Positions 41,581 through 50,661 of a DNA stretch of 64,000 nucleotides are shown piece after piece. This stretch comes from Escherichia coli (lineage in GTDB: Bacteria > Pseudomonadota > Gammaproteobacteria > Enterobacterales > Enterobacteriaceae), in the NCBI RefSeq assembly GCF_030013205.1, contig NZ_CP122648.1. One strand, given 5' to 3'. The notes below the pieces were generated by a model that made no database searches, was not told the DNA's origin, and worked only from the letters and a program-made list of their open reading frames with translations. Every line of letters begins with the position of its first letter. Within the stretch, counting starts at the first letter, position 1. A program made the translations under genes and the position numbers.

Positions 41581-42540
41581 ATGAAAATTTGTATCGACGA
41601 CGGCTCCACCAACATCAAGCTGGCATGGACTGAGAACGGCGAACGCCGCAACGCCATCAGCCCGAACAGCTTCAAGTCGGAATGGTCTGCGCCGTTCGGT
41701 GGCTCGCAGCCTGCGAACTACATGCTTGATGGCGTGCGCTATGGTTTTGATCCGGTCAGCGATCGCTTTGTCCAGACGACCGACACGCAATACCAGTACA
41801 GCGATGTGAATGTCATTGCCATTCATCACGCGCTGGTCAAATCAGGCATCACGCCTCAGGAGGTGGATGTGGTTGTCACCCTGCCACTGAGCGAGTATTT
41901 CGACACAAACGCACAGCCAGACATGGCCAACATCAACCGCAAAAAAGCGAACGTTATGCGCCCGGTGGAGTACCAGAACGGCGAAGCATTCACTATCCGT
42001 AACGTGCGGGTTATGCCTGAATCCATTCCGGCTGGTTTTAAGGCACTGGCTGACATGAGTCCGTTTGAATCCCTGCTGATTGTGGATTTGGGCGGAACCA
42101 CGCTGGATGTGGCAAAGGTTCAGGGGCAACTGGCAGGTATCAGCCAGGTGTTTTGCGATCCACACGTAGGCGTTTCTCTGATGGCTGATGCCGTGCTGTC
42201 GGTGATGGCCACTAACGGTATGCGTACCAGTCACCACATCGCCAATACCATTATTGAGCACCGTCACGATGAAGCCTGGCTACGCCAGCACATTCACAAT
42301 GACGCGCATTACAACAGCCTGATGGCGGTTATTCGTGAAAAGGAGGAAACACTGAAACAACGCGTGATCCGCGCGCTGGCGGGTTTTTCGGGTTACGGGC
42401 GGGTGATGGTTGTAGGTGGAGGAGCGGAGATTGTGGCACCCGCTATCCGCGAAGCCTGCGGAGTTAATGCGACTTTCATCGCGGACGGGGTGCCACAGTT
42501 TGCTCTGGTTAATGGGCTGTACGCAATGGACAAGGAGTAA
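41581..42540 (+). CDS. parM: Actin-like plasmid segregation ATPase ParM (StbA)
   Basis: 319 aa, collinear with plasmid R1 ParM as I recall it: MKICIDDGSTNIKL, SPNSFKSEW, YSDVNVIAIHHAL, TLPLSEYFD, NRKKAN, VRVMPESIPAG, SLLIVDLGGTTLD, VVGGGAE, LVNGLY. Confidence 0.9.
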   Translation: MKICIDDGSTNIKLAWTENGERRNAISPNSFKSEWSAPFGGSQPANYMLDGVRYGFDPVSDRFVQTTDTQYQYSDVNVIAIHHALVKSGITPQEVDVVVTLPLSEYFDTNAQPDMANINRKKANVMRPVEYQNGEAFTIRNVRVMPESIPAGFKALADMSPFESLLIVDLGGTTLDVAKVQGQLAGISQVFCDPHVGVSLMADAVLSVMATNGMRTSHHIANTIIEHRHDEAWLRQHIHNDAHYNSLMAVIREKEETLKQRVIRALAGFSGYGRVMVVGGGAEIVAPAIREACGVNATFIADGVPQFALVNGLYAMDKE

Positions 42541-42544
42541 ATCA

Positions 42545-42859
42545 ATGACGACACCAACCAGACGGATAAGTTTCTATCTGAAGCCCGCCGTCGTCAAGAG
42601 CGAACGGGAGGCGTGCAGTTACCTCGACAGCCTGCCAGCCTCCGAACGCAGCCGCGCACAACGCGCGGCTTTTCTGGCCGGACTGGCTCTTATAAAACGC
42701 ATCCCCGCGTTGGCGTATTCGCTGGCAGAATGGTCAGAAGACGAAATAAGGATGCCACCGCTACCAGTACAGCCTGAAAAACCGGCGAAACCAGCAGCAG
42801 ACAGCGCCCCCCATATGCAGCAGGTGAAGAAGAATATTCAGGCGTTTTTTCCGAAGTGA
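42545..42859 (+). CDS. parR: ParR-like centromere-binding adaptor
   Basis: 104 aa from the ATG at 42545 (RBS aaggag). RRISFYLKPAVVKSEREACSYLDSLPASERSRAQRAAFLAGLAL parallels R1 ParR (RRTIAFKLNP...LDSIPQGERSRLNRAALTAGLAL). Confidence 0.8.
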   Translation: MTTPTRRISFYLKPAVVKSEREACSYLDSLPASERSRAQRAAFLAGLALIKRIPALAYSLAEWSEDEIRMPPLPVQPEKPAKPAADSAPHMQQVKKNIQAFFPK

Positions 42860-42873
42860 AAACAGGAGTAACT

Positions 42874-43161
42874 ATGTCCACCATTACCAAAGAATGGTTA
42901 CAACGTAAAATCACAGAGTTTAAATCGTGGCGCGAAGACATCCCGTTCGGTCTTGATGAAGACGATCACAATATGTTAATCGCACTGGAAATCGCACTTG
43001 CATCACTGGAAGCAGAGCCAGTGGCATGGATGCACGCAAATAATCCTATTGGAATACCGGCGATAACAAGAAGTAAAGATGTTGCAGACAGCTGGCGCTC
43101 TAAGGGATGGAATGTATTGCCTCTTTATTCACTGACCCGCTCCATCAATTTATGCCATTAA
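42874..43161 (+). CDS. Hypothetical protein (95 aa)
   Basis: RBS aggag then the ATG at 42874. No family recognised. Confidence 0.5.
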   Translation: MSTITKEWLQRKITEFKSWREDIPFGLDEDDHNMLIALEIALASLEAEPVAWMHANNPIGIPAITRSKDVADSWRSKGWNVLPLYSLTRSINLCH

Positions 43162-43172
43162 TGGAAGTAATC

Positions 43173-43532
43173 ATGATGAAAGATAATTCCGGAAGCCAGC
43201 GTGCATCAGTTGCAGTTATGGTAATGATTAAATTTGTGAAACAGTACACCGGAAAGCCAATCTCGCTCCGGCAATTAAGCAAAGAAACCGTTTCACTGTC
43301 ATATCTGGAGCAAATATTCAGATATTTACGGGAAAGTAGCCTGGTAAAAGCCACACGCGGCCCGGGTGGTGGATATATCCCAACAAAAGAAAATTACAGT
43401 GTTGGTGATATTGTCCGGGCAATGAAATGTTCCGGATTATATACACAGCACGTTATTCTGGCTGCACTGGATAATATTTCTTTAACCAGCCTGCAGGAAG
43501 ACACAAATTATCAGTTGTCTGCCATTGAATAA
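43173..43532 (+). CDS. Rrf2-family transcriptional regulator (no Fe-S Cys triad)
   Basis: 119 aa. The hallmark ...SLSYLEQIFRYLRESSLVKATRGPGGGYIP... is present. There is only one Cys in the C-terminal half. Confidence 0.8.
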   Translation: MMKDNSGSQRASVAVMVMIKFVKQYTGKPISLRQLSKETVSLSYLEQIFRYLRESSLVKATRGPGGGYIPTKENYSVGDIVRAMKCSGLYTQHVILAALDNISLTSLQEDTNYQLSAIE

Positions 43533-43535
43533 GAA

Positions 43536-43580
43536 AACCCGGAACGGGTGCGCAAATTCTTTGTGCGCCCGTTCCGGGTT
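43536..43580. terminator. Long (19-bp stem) hairpin between convergent Rrf2 gene and ogr
   Basis: aacccggaacgggtgcgca-aattctt-tgtgcgcccgttccgggtt. The flanking U-runs are weak, so function as a terminator is inferred from position. Confidence 0.6.
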
Positions 43581-43600
43581 GGACAAGCGAAGCGCGTCAG

Positions 43601-43858
43601 CTATCCGGCCTGCAACAACTCCAGAGCCATTTGTTTTTCTTCCGGACGCATCCGCTCAATCAACAGCTTTAACACACCATTCTCCAGCCCGCTGGGCACC
43701 AGTGTGTGCGAGTAGGTCAGATTCATCACCCAGGTATGTCCGCACTCGAGACGGGTGCAACGGTAATACACATCAGCAAACTGATCGGTTTTCCAGGCTG
43801 TTTTCTCAATCACTGCATGTGCACCGCAGCAATGACATCGCGCTTTCTGTCTGCGCAT
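43601..43858 (-). CDS. ogr: Ogr/Delta-type zinc-finger late-gene activator
   Basis: 85 aa from MRRQKARCHCCGAHAV...YYRCTRLECGHTW (CxxC...Cx4C). RBS ggagg lies 6 nt upstream. The ORF-track start at 43927 adds 23 aa. Confidence 0.8.
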   Translation of the reverse strand: MRRQKARCHCCGAHAVIEKTAWKTDQFADVYYRCTRLECGHTWVMNLTYSHTLVPSGLENGVLKLLIERMRPEEKQMALELLQAG

Positions 43859-43923
43859 TTTCCACCTCCCGGAACAGCGTTTTACTGCCACCGATTTTAC
43901 CCGCTCTTTCCCCATACCGCACA

Positions 43924-44958
43924 TCACTCCGTGGATTCGTTAAATTCAAGAATAAATTCCACCTGCCCCAGCCGTCTGATATCCGGATCGCTGTTGATCC
44001 CCTCCATAATCAGACGGCGCATCGGAATAACCTCATCTCTGTAATATGCCTCGCGGGATTTCAGTGGGTCACCAAGCCCGGCCGTATTTGCGGGAATGAT
44101 GCCGGCAAGTCCGGGTGGAAAACGGTGCGCAACGAGCTGATCCTGGGCACTGATGGTTTTTATATTCAGGAACTCATCTTTTGTGCCTGAATCCCCGATA
44201 GGGATCACCTTAACGCCTTCTTTGTCTCCGCCCGGTATATTGATAAACATGGATTTAAAATTGCCCGCCCCTTTTGACGCCTCTATCTTTTTACGGAATT
44301 CCGCCTCGAGCTCGGGATCCATGTCCGGGTCAGTGGAATACAGGATATAACCAAGATGTGCGCCGTTCTTGTAATACTTGCGGCGAAAGCGGGTGGCATC
44401 CACATTCAGCATGGCGGATTCCATCCCGTGAATATAATCCGGGACACCGTAAACCTGCTGTTGCGGGTCATAAATGGCCACGAACACCACTTCGCCTGGC
44501 GGGTAAACGAGATCTTCCAGTGCTGCCTGCACAATCACCGTGCCACCCTCGTTGTTACGCCGCAGGTACAGAGAAGGTAACGTATGCAGGCGCACCACGC
44601 GACCGAAGCCATTGCGCACTTTAAGCAACCCCATATCCCCGAATATCAGCAGATTGGTTACTGCTGCCGCCATGGCGGCGTGTGTCATACCACCACCACC
44701 CCGAAAACCCTGCATGATCATATTGACGCGCGCACGCAATACCGCGCCGTGATACGGTGCGATATTGGACAACATGGCGAGATCCATGCGCTCAATTGGC
44801 GGCGTGTACCAGCCGTTATAGCCATCCCAGAGCGAGCCGTAATAACAGCCCCATGCAGCGACCGGTTCCGGGTCACCAAATTCAATAAACGTCATTTTGC
44901 TGGCTGTTTTTTTTGCCACGCCATCGTGTAACACGGGGTATTTTTTCTTTTTACTCAT
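43924..44958 (-). CDS. Portal protein (P2 gpQ-like)
   Basis: 344 aa, the same size as P2 Q. It overlaps the terminase gene, and its position and strand match the P2 Q-P arrangement. Confidence 0.85.
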   Translation of the reverse strand: MSKKKKYPVLHDGVAKKTASKMTFIEFGDPEPVAAWGCYYGSLWDGYNGWYTPPIERMDLAMLSNIAPYHGAVLRARVNMIMQGFRGGGGMTHAAMAAAVTNLLIFGDMGLLKVRNGFGRVVRLHTLPSLYLRRNNEGGTVIVQAALEDLVYPPGEVVFVAIYDPQQQVYGVPDYIHGMESAMLNVDATRFRRKYYKNGAHLGYILYSTDPDMDPELEAEFRKKIEASKGAGNFKSMFINIPGGDKEGVKVIPIGDSGTKDEFLNIKTISAQDQLVAHRFPPGLAGIIPANTAGLGDPLKSREAYYRDEVIPMRRLIMEGINSDPDIRRLGQVEFILEFNESTE

Positions 44959-46738
44959 CTGACAGGATCCATGTTGATTTGCGCTTGTGCTTATAGTTCA
45001 GGGGTTCATTACTTGCGGCATGAGCTATGGCAAAGAAGATGTCAGCGTGCCCGGTTTCTTCGCTACGTTCGGCGGTGAAAGTGACTTTATTGCCGCTGTT
45101 GGTGGATTCCTGACGAATGGCCAGGAACGATGCCGGAATATCCGTGGCTTCTTCATCCCACTCAATACGGTTGGCGTAAATCAGATCCAGCATCTTCATC
45201 ACCAGGCGGTTTTTGGATTCCACGCTGTAATGAATGGCCACTGTTTCACGGCGGGCAAATCCCTGAACCAGCTCAAAGACACCGTAGCCAAGACCGGTGA
45301 CGTCAATGCCGATAAATGTCATGTTATAGCGCGCCTTAATGCTGCGGATACGCTCTGCCATAAACTGGAATGACATGCTGCGCCAGTGGTGTTTTTCCAG
45401 CACGCGGAATCGTTCTGCCGCAACCAGCGGCGGTGCCAGCACAACAAATGTGGCGTTATCGCCGGAGCGCGCAGGGTCAAAGCCGCCCCACACTTCACGG
45501 TTACCAAATGGCATGGGCTCTTCCGGGTGAAAATCCTCCCACGTACTGACATCAACACCACAACGCACAAGATCATCGAATTTAAAGACGCTCTCTTTGT
45601 CATCCACAAACACACACATAAACAGCATATTGAACGCTGTTTCGTTGTATCGCTCGCGCAGCTCGTTGATGTCAGCAAGGTTAAAGCCGCCGGCAATGGC
45701 ATCTTCCAGCGTAACCACATAGCGCCACTGACCATCCGGACATTCACGCCCACCATCGCGCAGCTCATCAAAGGACGGAAACTCAACCCCTTTTCGTTTC
45801 GGATCGCCTTTGCGCCATTCATCGCCAGACCAGAACGGGTAACCCTGGTGTGTTTTGGATGACGGCGTGGAGAAATAGGTAATGCGCCAGTGTTTATGGG
45901 TGGCCATCCCTGATGCCACTTCATTGAGACGGCGAAAACCGGGGATCCACAGGTATTCATCAATATACAGGTGGCCGCTGTTTGACTGCGCTGTGTTACT
46001 GTTGGTCGCCAGAAAATACAGTTCAGCCAGATTACTTAACTTAACCGGATTGCCTTTAATGGGAATGCCAAACTCTGTTTGTGCAATTTTTACAATATAA
46101 GTACGGAACACTTCGGCCTGACGTTTTGATGCCGATAAAAATATCTGTGTGTCGCCGGTTAATACTGCATCTTCAAATGCCTCAAACGCGAAGTAATACG
46201 TCGCCCCAATCTGGCGGGATTTAAGCAGGTTGCGTACACGGCGGAATTTGTTTTCACGCAGATGCAACTGATAAGCAAACAACTTTTTCGTAAACGGCTC
46301 AAAACTTTCAGCAGTCAGTCCGGAAACGTCATTAGTTTTGCGGGGACGCTCTTTCTTACCTGCACCTTTTTCTCCGCGTTCTTCTTTTCCATAACGGCCA
46401 GGCTGGGGGATGTCCACTCCCATTCGCGCAATCTCAGCCATTCGTTCTGTATGCTTGTTTCTGACCGACATCAGTTTGACGTGATGACCAATCAGGCGAT
46501 CAAGCTCATCGTGTTCTTCCTGGGTCTTATGGTCACGTTCCGCCAGTACAGCGAGACGCCGGGCGATAACATCCTCCACGCCTTCCGTATTGAGCTGCGT
46601 GTACCACTCAAACTTTGTCGCCCAGTAATAAACAATTCGCGGACTGTTCAGTCCGAGTTTCTTTTGTATTTCTTTTGGTGTGTGCCTTTTCAGATAGAGT
46701 GATTTTGCTGCGGCAATCACCTCATCAGAATACGCCAT
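44951..46738 (-). CDS. Terminase large (ATPase) subunit (P2 gpP-like)
   Basis: 595 aa, divergent from the scaffold/capsid genes as in P2. It has a Walker-like segment (LKSRQIGATYYFA) and a C-terminal nuclease region. Confidence 0.85.
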   Translation of the reverse strand: MAYSDEVIAAAKSLYLKRHTPKEIQKKLGLNSPRIVYYWATKFEWYTQLNTEGVEDVIARRLAVLAERDHKTQEEHDELDRLIGHHVKLMSVRNKHTERMAEIARMGVDIPQPGRYGKEERGEKGAGKKERPRKTNDVSGLTAESFEPFTKKLFAYQLHLRENKFRRVRNLLKSRQIGATYYFAFEAFEDAVLTGDTQIFLSASKRQAEVFRTYIVKIAQTEFGIPIKGNPVKLSNLAELYFLATNSNTAQSNSGHLYIDEYLWIPGFRRLNEVASGMATHKHWRITYFSTPSSKTHQGYPFWSGDEWRKGDPKRKGVEFPSFDELRDGGRECPDGQWRYVVTLEDAIAGGFNLADINELRERYNETAFNMLFMCVFVDDKESVFKFDDLVRCGVDVSTWEDFHPEEPMPFGNREVWGGFDPARSGDNATFVVLAPPLVAAERFRVLEKHHWRSMSFQFMAERIRSIKARYNMTFIGIDVTGLGYGVFELVQGFARRETVAIHYSVESKNRLVMKMLDLIYANRIEWDEEATDIPASFLAIRQESTNSGNKVTFTAERSEETGHADIFFAIAHAASNEPLNYKHKRKSTWILSDE

Positions 46739-46812
46739 AAATAAACCTCACCTGCTGATGCAATTTTAATTTATGCATTTTCAGCAAAGGCTTTTTTAAA
46801 AACGAATATCGC

Positions 46813-46859
46813 TTTTCGGTATTTTTCGGATATATGCGCATATCCGAAAGTACCGGAAA
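46813..46859. repeat. 47-bp imperfect palindrome in the divergent late-promoter region
   Basis: ttttcggta-ttt-ttcggatat-atgcgc-atatccgaa-a-gtaccggaaa. The inner 9-bp arms are perfect. Confidence 0.75.
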
Positions 46860-46932
46860 TTAATCAGATGACGACGTTTTCATTTCTCCGTTAAATAACG
46901 CCAGTTTAATTTTTATCAGCGGATTAATTCAG

Positions 46933-47829
46933 ATGACGAAGCAGAAAACAGACTGGGTTGTGGTTGCCACATCAGGCCCCACCATCGACGGTCGGGAAAT
47001 TGATCCGAAGTGGCTGACGGATGCCGCCGAGGTTTACAACCCGGACGAGCGAGCCGCCATGCTCTGGCCATATCACGCCGATTCCGGATGGCGTGCCTTC
47101 ACCAATAACTACGGCATTGTTGATGCCCTGAAAGTCGAAAAATTTGGTGAAAAGGTGCAGCTTAAAGCACGCCTGATCCCAAATCGCTTCCTGATTGAAG
47201 CCAATAAGGCCGGGCAGAAACTTTTTACCTCCATTGAAGTGCGGGAAAACTATCTGGGCACGGGCAAATTCTTTGTGTCCGGTATCGCCGTGACGGATAC
47301 CCCAGCCAGCATTAACACTACACGCCTGCAGTTTTCCATGGGGGAAGCCATCCATATGGGCAACGCAGAGGCGCTGAATTTTACGCTGCAGCCTGATGAT
47401 GAGCAGGCCAAGCGCAACTTCTTCTCCCGCTTCTTCTCATCTGACAATCACCAACAGGGAATTTACCAAGCCATGAACGAAGAACAGTTCAGCCAGTTAA
47501 TGGGTGCCATTAATAAAACCAGTGAACGCCTGGACGAGCTGGAAAAAAACGTCGCGCAGTTCAGCGCGAAGGATGCCCCGAAAGATACCGGTGATAACAA
47601 GCCGGAAGGCAGCACCGGCGATCAGGGGCAGGACAACGCAGAACAGAACAACAAGGACGACAAAACCTTCACGCTGACCACCGAGCAGGGCGAAAAGCTG
47701 TTCTCCACAGTGAACGCCATCGCGGAGAAGGTTACCAGTATGGAAACCGCATTTGCTGAACTCAGCAAGGACGCCACGAAGCTGCCGGGCAACAATCCGG
47801 CCGGTGGCGAAACTTTTAACCTGGTGTAA
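46933..47829 (+). CDS. Capsid scaffolding protein/protease (P2 gpO-like)
   Basis: 298 aa. ...GPTIDGREI...LIEANKAGQKLFTSIEV...GIAVTDTPAS parallels P2 O (...CDGRVI...LIAMNKAAQKVYTSMEI...GLAVTDDPAS). Confidence 0.85.
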   Translation: MTKQKTDWVVVATSGPTIDGREIDPKWLTDAAEVYNPDERAAMLWPYHADSGWRAFTNNYGIVDALKVEKFGEKVQLKARLIPNRFLIEANKAGQKLFTSIEVRENYLGTGKFFVSGIAVTDTPASINTTRLQFSMGEAIHMGNAEALNFTLQPDDEQAKRNFFSRFFSSDNHQQGIYQAMNEEQFSQLMGAINKTSERLDELEKNVAQFSAKDAPKDTGDNKPEGSTGDQGQDNAEQNNKDDKTFTLTTEQGEKLFSTVNAIAEKVTSMETAFAELSKDATKLPGNNPAGGETFNLV

Positions 47830-47843
47830 CCGGAGAGAACACA

Positions 47844-48857
47844 ATGAACATGACACCAGAAGCACAAAAGCTGGTTAATCAGTACATCAGCGAACTGCAA
47901 AAAACATTCAGCGACTGCGGAAAATCAAGCGATCGTTTCTTTTCGCTGACCGAACCACGCAGTATTGCTCTGCGTAAAGCCCTGCTGGAAAGCACGGAGT
48001 TTCTGAGTTTCATCACCTGCATGGACGTTCCGCACCCGCAGGGGCAGGTCGTCACCGTGGGCGAATCCACGCTGCGCACCGGTCGCGTGAAAAGCGGTCG
48101 TTTCGCTAAAGGTTCGGGCATCAAAGGCAACGAATTTAAACTCGTTGAAACTGATTCCTGCTGCGTGATCACCTGGGAACAACTCGCCATCTGGGCGAAT
48201 GCCGGTAGCCCGCAGGAATTTTTCAACCTGATGAACTCCGCCGCCGTCACCAACTTTGCGCTGGATATGCTGCGCATTGGCTTTAACGGTAAAACAGCAG
48301 CGGAAAACTCTGACCCGGAAAGTCACCCGAACGGCGAAGACGTCAACATCGGCTGGCATGAAATCGCCAAAAAGTGGGGAGAACAGCCCGGCAATACCTC
48401 CCGTATTCTGACGGACGCCGTTACCCTGGGCGAAGGCGGTGATTATGTCAGCCTTGATGCCATGGCCTCAGACCTGATCCGCACTTATATCCCGGCGCAA
48501 TATCACAACGATCCTCGCCTTACTGTACTGGTTGGCGCAGACCTTGTGGCTGCTGAAGAACTACGCCTCTACAACAAAGAGGACAAGCCCACCGAAAAAG
48601 TGGCCGCACAGTTGCTGACGAAGAACATCGCAGGCCGCAAGGCCATCATTCCGCCGTTTATGCCGGGTAAGCGTATGGTGGTGACCATGCTGCCAAACCT
48701 GCAGATCCTGACGCTGAAGGGTTCCCGCCGTCGTAAAGCGGAAGATGTGGGCGATCGCAAACAGTTCGAAAACTCATACTGGCGTTACGAGGGGTACGCC
48801 CTGGGCGATCCGGATTTATATGCTGCCGTGGATGAGTCTGCGGTCACCATCGCCTGA
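47844..48857 (+). CDS. Major capsid protein (P2 gpN-like)
   Basis: 337 aa. ...LDMLRIGFNGKTAAENSDPESHPNGEDVNIGWHE...GGDYVSLDAMASDLI parallels P2 N (...LDFIMAGFNGVKRAETSD...DVAVGWLQ...GGDYASLDALV). Confidence 0.88.
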   Translation: MNMTPEAQKLVNQYISELQKTFSDCGKSSDRFFSLTEPRSIALRKALLESTEFLSFITCMDVPHPQGQVVTVGESTLRTGRVKSGRFAKGSGIKGNEFKLVETDSCCVITWEQLAIWANAGSPQEFFNLMNSAAVTNFALDMLRIGFNGKTAAENSDPESHPNGEDVNIGWHEIAKKWGEQPGNTSRILTDAVTLGEGGDYVSLDAMASDLIRTYIPAQYHNDPRLTVLVGADLVAAEELRLYNKEDKPTEKVAAQLLTKNIAGRKAIIPPFMPGKRMVVTMLPNLQILTLKGSRRRKAEDVGDRKQFENSYWRYEGYALGDPDLYAAVDESAVTIA

Positions 48858-48874
48858 TAAACGGAGCGCACGGT

Positions 48875-49585
48875 ATGCCAACGCCAATGCAGCGACAACG
48901 TGCCCGACAGATGGATGAGCGCCGTGCGGCGCTCATGACCAGAACGGACGGGCGCGCCGTCAGCACAGAGAGTCAGCACATTAAGCTGCTGGCACTGGAT
49001 AACGATGTCAGACAACTGCACAACATGGAGCTGCTGTCTGACAAGCTGGAATTCAAACGGAACACGCTGCTGCCCCGCTGGCTGCCACACGCACAGGCTT
49101 ATCTGGAGGGGGAACGCGTCTATCAGAATCCCATTCTGGTGTACTGCATCATCTGGCTGTTCGATACCGGGCAGTTTGAGATGGCGCTGCGGTGGGCTGA
49201 CATTGCCATTGAGCAGGGACAAAAGACGCCGGAGAACTTCAAAAGCGAGCTGCCAACGTTTGTGGCCCATTTCATTCTTGAATGGGCAGAAACCGAAGCT
49301 GAACGCGGGAACAGTATCGCGCCATATTTTCAGCAGGTGTTTGAAAAAATCCGCGACAAATGGCGCGTGAATGAACGCCTTGCTGCCCGCTACTGGCGCT
49401 TTGCAGGCATCCTGCTGCTGCGCGGCGATGACGGCAAGCCACAGGCCAGCGCAATTAACGATCCGGAGAGACTGCAACAGGCCGACCAGTGCCTGGAACG
49501 GGCTGCCTGGCTGCATCCCAAAATTCAGGTGAAAACCCTGCGCCAGCGCATTGCCGCAAGACTGCGCGCGTTGCAGGGCACGTAA
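48875..49585 (+). CDS. Terminase small/endonuclease subunit (P2 gpM-like)
   Basis: 236 aa. Called from position after the capsid gene and from size, both matching P2 M. Confidence 0.7.
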   Translation: MPTPMQRQRARQMDERRAALMTRTDGRAVSTESQHIKLLALDNDVRQLHNMELLSDKLEFKRNTLLPRWLPHAQAYLEGERVYQNPILVYCIIWLFDTGQFEMALRWADIAIEQGQKTPENFKSELPTFVAHFILEWAETEAERGNSIAPYFQQVFEKIRDKWRVNERLAARYWRFAGILLLRGDDGKPQASAINDPERLQQADQCLERAAWLHPKIQVKTLRQRIAARLRALQGT

Positions 49586-49683
49586 ACGACTCCCAACAAC
49601 CGGGCGGGCGCGGTGGAGGTGTGCCGGCAAAAGCCATCAGCACACTGCGGAAACCGGTCAGCCCGCCTTTCCCCGGAGTGAGC

Positions 49684-50178
49684 ATGTTTGACGGGAAAAG
49701 CATTCACTATCAGCAGGCCATTATTCAGAACGATGGATTCTGGCCGGATATTGATGCCGGCGATTTTGAAAAGAGCCGCAGTATCCCCGCCGTCACGTCA
49801 CACGAAACGGTGCTGACGGCTCTGCTTTGCGCAGTAACAGAGATTAACACTGAACTGGCTGCACGCCGTGAATACTGGCAGGAACAGGGCCACACCCGAG
49901 CCGCAGATATTCCGGGTTACACCGTGTTGCAACCAGAGCCACGCAATACGGATGCACAACCTGAACGGATGCAGAACCACATTACAGCACTGTACACCAA
50001 GGCTGTGTATGCACGCGCAAAGGCCGATCTTTTGCCGGAATCTGCCAGCGTGGGGCGGCGCGAGGCGCAGCCATCATCAGAAGCCAGCGAGAGCCGCCGG
50101 TCGTTGCTGGCTGAAGCGGCCATGGCGGTGCGGGCGCTGCTGGGCCGACCGCGTGCATCCATCGCACTGATTGATTAA
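49684..50178 (+). CDS. Head completion/stabilisation protein (P2 gpL-like)
   Basis: 164 aa from the ATG at 49684 (RBS ggag). ...GFWPDIDAGDFEKSR...VTEINTELAARREYWQEQG... parallels P2 L (...FFFPDIDPKRVRER...ETNAELYEYREQK...). The start is uncertain. Confidence 0.75.
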   Translation: MFDGKSIHYQQAIIQNDGFWPDIDAGDFEKSRSIPAVTSHETVLTALLCAVTEINTELAARREYWQEQGHTRAADIPGYTVLQPEPRNTDAQPERMQNHITALYTKAVYARAKADLLPESASVGRREAQPSSEASESRRSLLAEAAMAVRALLGRPRASIALID

Positions 50179-50187
50179 GGAAATGGT

Positions 50188-50661
50188 ATGACGCAACTCG
50201 CCAGCCTGACGGCATTCATTGAAAACAATCTGCCGGCACGCGCACGCATTCCGTTCACCAGTGACATGGATGACATCACACTCGTTCCGTTTACGAAGTC
50301 GCTGGGGCACGGGCAGTTATGCACGCAGGTCCGAAAATATACGGCTTTTCTGCGATGGGACGCATGGCCCTATCGTCAGCTCAATCCGGATTTGGTGTTT
50401 TCTCTGGTTGAGGCCTGGCTGGCAGACAACGGCGGCGACCTGCGCCAGCGCCTGGCACCGGATGCGCCAGCCGTTGACGTCGAAGTGGATGATGAAAATG
50501 AAGTGGCATGGCTGGAAATCAGTCTGCCGCTGGTTGATCCCATCACCCTGGTTGAGGACGAAAACGGCCCCATCCCCAGAGGCGGGAAACGTTACCAGCT
50601 GGAAAAGCCTGAAATCTGGGTGGCCCAGACGCATCAGCTCCATTGCCAGGTAACGTCATGA
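50188..50661 (+). CDS. Tail completion protein (P2 gpR-like)
   Basis: 157 aa. Size, position and the ...LVFSLVEAWLADNGGDL... segment resemble P2 R (...LIVPVLAWLRENQPDI...). Confidence 0.6.
   Translation: MTQLASLTAFIENNLPARARIPFTSDMDDITLVPFTKSLGHGQLCTQVRKYTAFLRWDAWPYRQLNPDLVFSLVEAWLADNGGDLRQRLAPDAPAVDVEVDDENEVAWLEISLPLVDPITLVEDENGPIPRGGKRYQLEKPEIWVAQTHQLHCQVTS

Noticed and set aside
48785-49630. 281-aa minus-strand ORF across the gpM-like gene
   Set aside because: It is antisense to a syntenic P2-type late gene within a uniformly plus-strand operon. Its composition is Arg/Ala/Gln-rich and biased, as is typical of GC-rich antisense frames.
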